From positions 4,154,001 to 4,218,000 of the forward strand of contig CM060731.1 of NCBI GenBank assembly GCA_030704615.1: 64,000 nucleotides of DNA, given 5' to 3'. This document shows positions 62,329-64,000 of this stretch, piece by piece. Within the stretch, counting starts at the first letter, position 1, and the number at the start of each line of letters is the position of its first letter. The translations under genes and the position numbers were made by a program. Under the pieces are notes generated by a model. It saw only the letters and a list, made by a program, of their open reading frames with translations. It searched no databases and was not told the origin of the DNA. The DNA is from Takakia lepidozioides. Taxonomy: Eukaryota > Plantae > Bryophyta.

Positions 62329-62615
62329 AATATACAAATGTCTCCTTGGAAGACATAAGAAACCTCGAGCCATCATCACAAATACACCACTCAGATCTCC
62401 AACTCAACAAACGATCATTGACATCATGTCCTTATTCGACTTACACATACACCTTTCCACGGGTATGTTTTCCGGTCCACATTCTTGTTGATGATGTGAC
62501 GTGAGCCTAGAAGCTTGCCACGTGGCAAGCGGGAGCCTAAGTTCATGCCACATCATCAAAGCGTGAGCCTAGCTTGCAGGCTCACAACGTAACGTTGTTG
62601 GTAAGAATGACTTGA

Positions 62616-63023
62616 TGTGTCTTTATTGAATCCTCTTCGGGTCAGATGCGCATTGCAAACATCCTCGGTAGCATCACGTTTTGCTGTTGTTACCTTAGTT
62701 TCTCATTGTGATTATCCACACCTCTAGATGCAAAAATTGGAGTCGGCGTAAACTCGGTTGACTTGAGCCGGGAAGAATAAGGGGCTGGCTACATCCCCTC
62801 CATGGGCATGGGCCATTGACACAAATGTGAATCAGTTGTCAATACCGGCAAATTCGTGTGTGATATGAATAATGTGTCTTTATTGAATCCACTTTGGGTC
62901 AAATGAACATTGTACACATCCTTGGTAACGTCAAGATTTGTTGCTCTGACATGAGCTTATTGTGATTCTCCACACCTCCAAATGCAAATATTGGAGTCGA
63001 CACAAGCTCGATTGATTTGAGCC
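62616..63023. repeat. Two diverged ~155-bp direct repeats
   Basis: ATGTGTCTTTATTGAATCC...TTGAGCC at about 62616-62769 and 62872-63023. Confidence 0.7.
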
Positions 63024-64000
63024 TGAAGAGCACCTCATATGGAAGCTTATGATATACATGGGCTTACTGCCCTAATGGTCAGGAAGACGTGCCAAAGGAC
63101 AGAGGAAGAATGGGTTAATAATTTCAGGTCCTTAAAATTACATCTCTTCATTGTAAGGGTAGCATGCAGAGTACATACAGAAGATTCATCCTTCATTTTG
63201 CCAAGATGGCTGGTCCTCTTTCCAGACTGTTGTGTAAGGATGTGAAGCATCAACCTTGTCTCGCATTCTCAGAGCTGAGCTGTTCTGCAAAATTCATGAG
63301 TGGTTAGTTATTTATTTGCAAAACTGAAGTGTCAGTCTTTTGGTGTCAGTGTCTTGCTGTTGGCCTTCCAGCAGGAATCCATAAAGTAGTTCTTTTGCTT
63401 GATTTTGCAAGCAGATTGTTGCTGCACTCGTTCTGTTCCTTGTGTTCCTCGCCTACTATATCAGGAGAAGTAAATGTGATTTGACTCGGGTGAACAAAAA
63501 GTTGACTGAGGTGATAAAACAAGAACAAGAACGACAAGGAGCATAACAAGAGGAAGAAGGAAAACAAGAAGGTAGAAACCATCCACTACTAGTTACTTCG
63601 GACCATTTCCCGGCATTGGTCATGTCACCAACAAGTTCTGGAACAGAATGATAATACAAACCTGGGTGCAGGCCTGAAGATAATGCTCAAATGGCATGTT
63701 ACAAAACTCTAAAACAAGCAAGTGCATGGGAAGTACAGTCTTTGGAGGGTTTTGTACACGTGGCGTTGTGGACCTGCCACGCATTGGTGATTATATTGCC
63801 ACATTACATGTCCAGCCAATTGGCTCAAGATGGCTCATTCACGGTCTAGCCTCTTCTTGGGTTTTTGAAGGAACAATCAACAGTTGGTTTCAGCTGCTGT
63901 GCAATGTTGGTACAAGAACTCTGAGGTTAGTGACTGAACACAATTTTGTTGGCAACTGGATTCTCACCTACAATGCATTTACTTACTGCCCACATAGCTA

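Noticed and set aside
62340-64000. Short ORFs and the 155-bp repeat pair as a protein-coding gene
   Set aside because: All frames are interrupted and no motif was recognised.

Overview
Eukaryotic, transposon-rich plant DNA. Spliced GT-AG genes, DYW-type PLS-PPR fragments and a Replitron suggest a non-seed land plant (inference). One apparently intact host gene is present, a multi-exon DUF21/CBS (CNNM-type) membrane protein at about 26.5-34.4 kb. The rest is mobile DNA: a CACTA element whose second gene carries an FCP1/NIF-type phosphatase domain, a Crypton-like relic, TTAA-flanked piggyBac-like elements, a complete but decayed Ty1/copia, two tRNA-derived SINEs, and two tandem Helitron2/Helentron-like units carrying DYW-PPR and ALWAYS EARLY fragments. 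The standout is a 12.4-kb Ty3/gypsy-type retrotransposon (36093-48523, minus strand) inserted in a Replitron. (i) It encodes a C5-cytosine DNA methyltransferase between protease and RT, and a PHD finger after integrase. (ii) Its repeats are circularly permuted (X-internal-Y-X-Y), its ends are TGTC...GACA, and it has an internal palindromic GACA-GC-TGTC junction, which suggests integration of a 2-LTR circle at an internal att site. (iii) Its PBS is self-complementary rather than tRNA-complementary. (iv) It carries an antisense, intronless copy of a TAA1/TAR tryptophan aminotransferase. Most TE ORFs are broken by stops and frameshifts. Domain calls come from motif recognition only; no searches were run.
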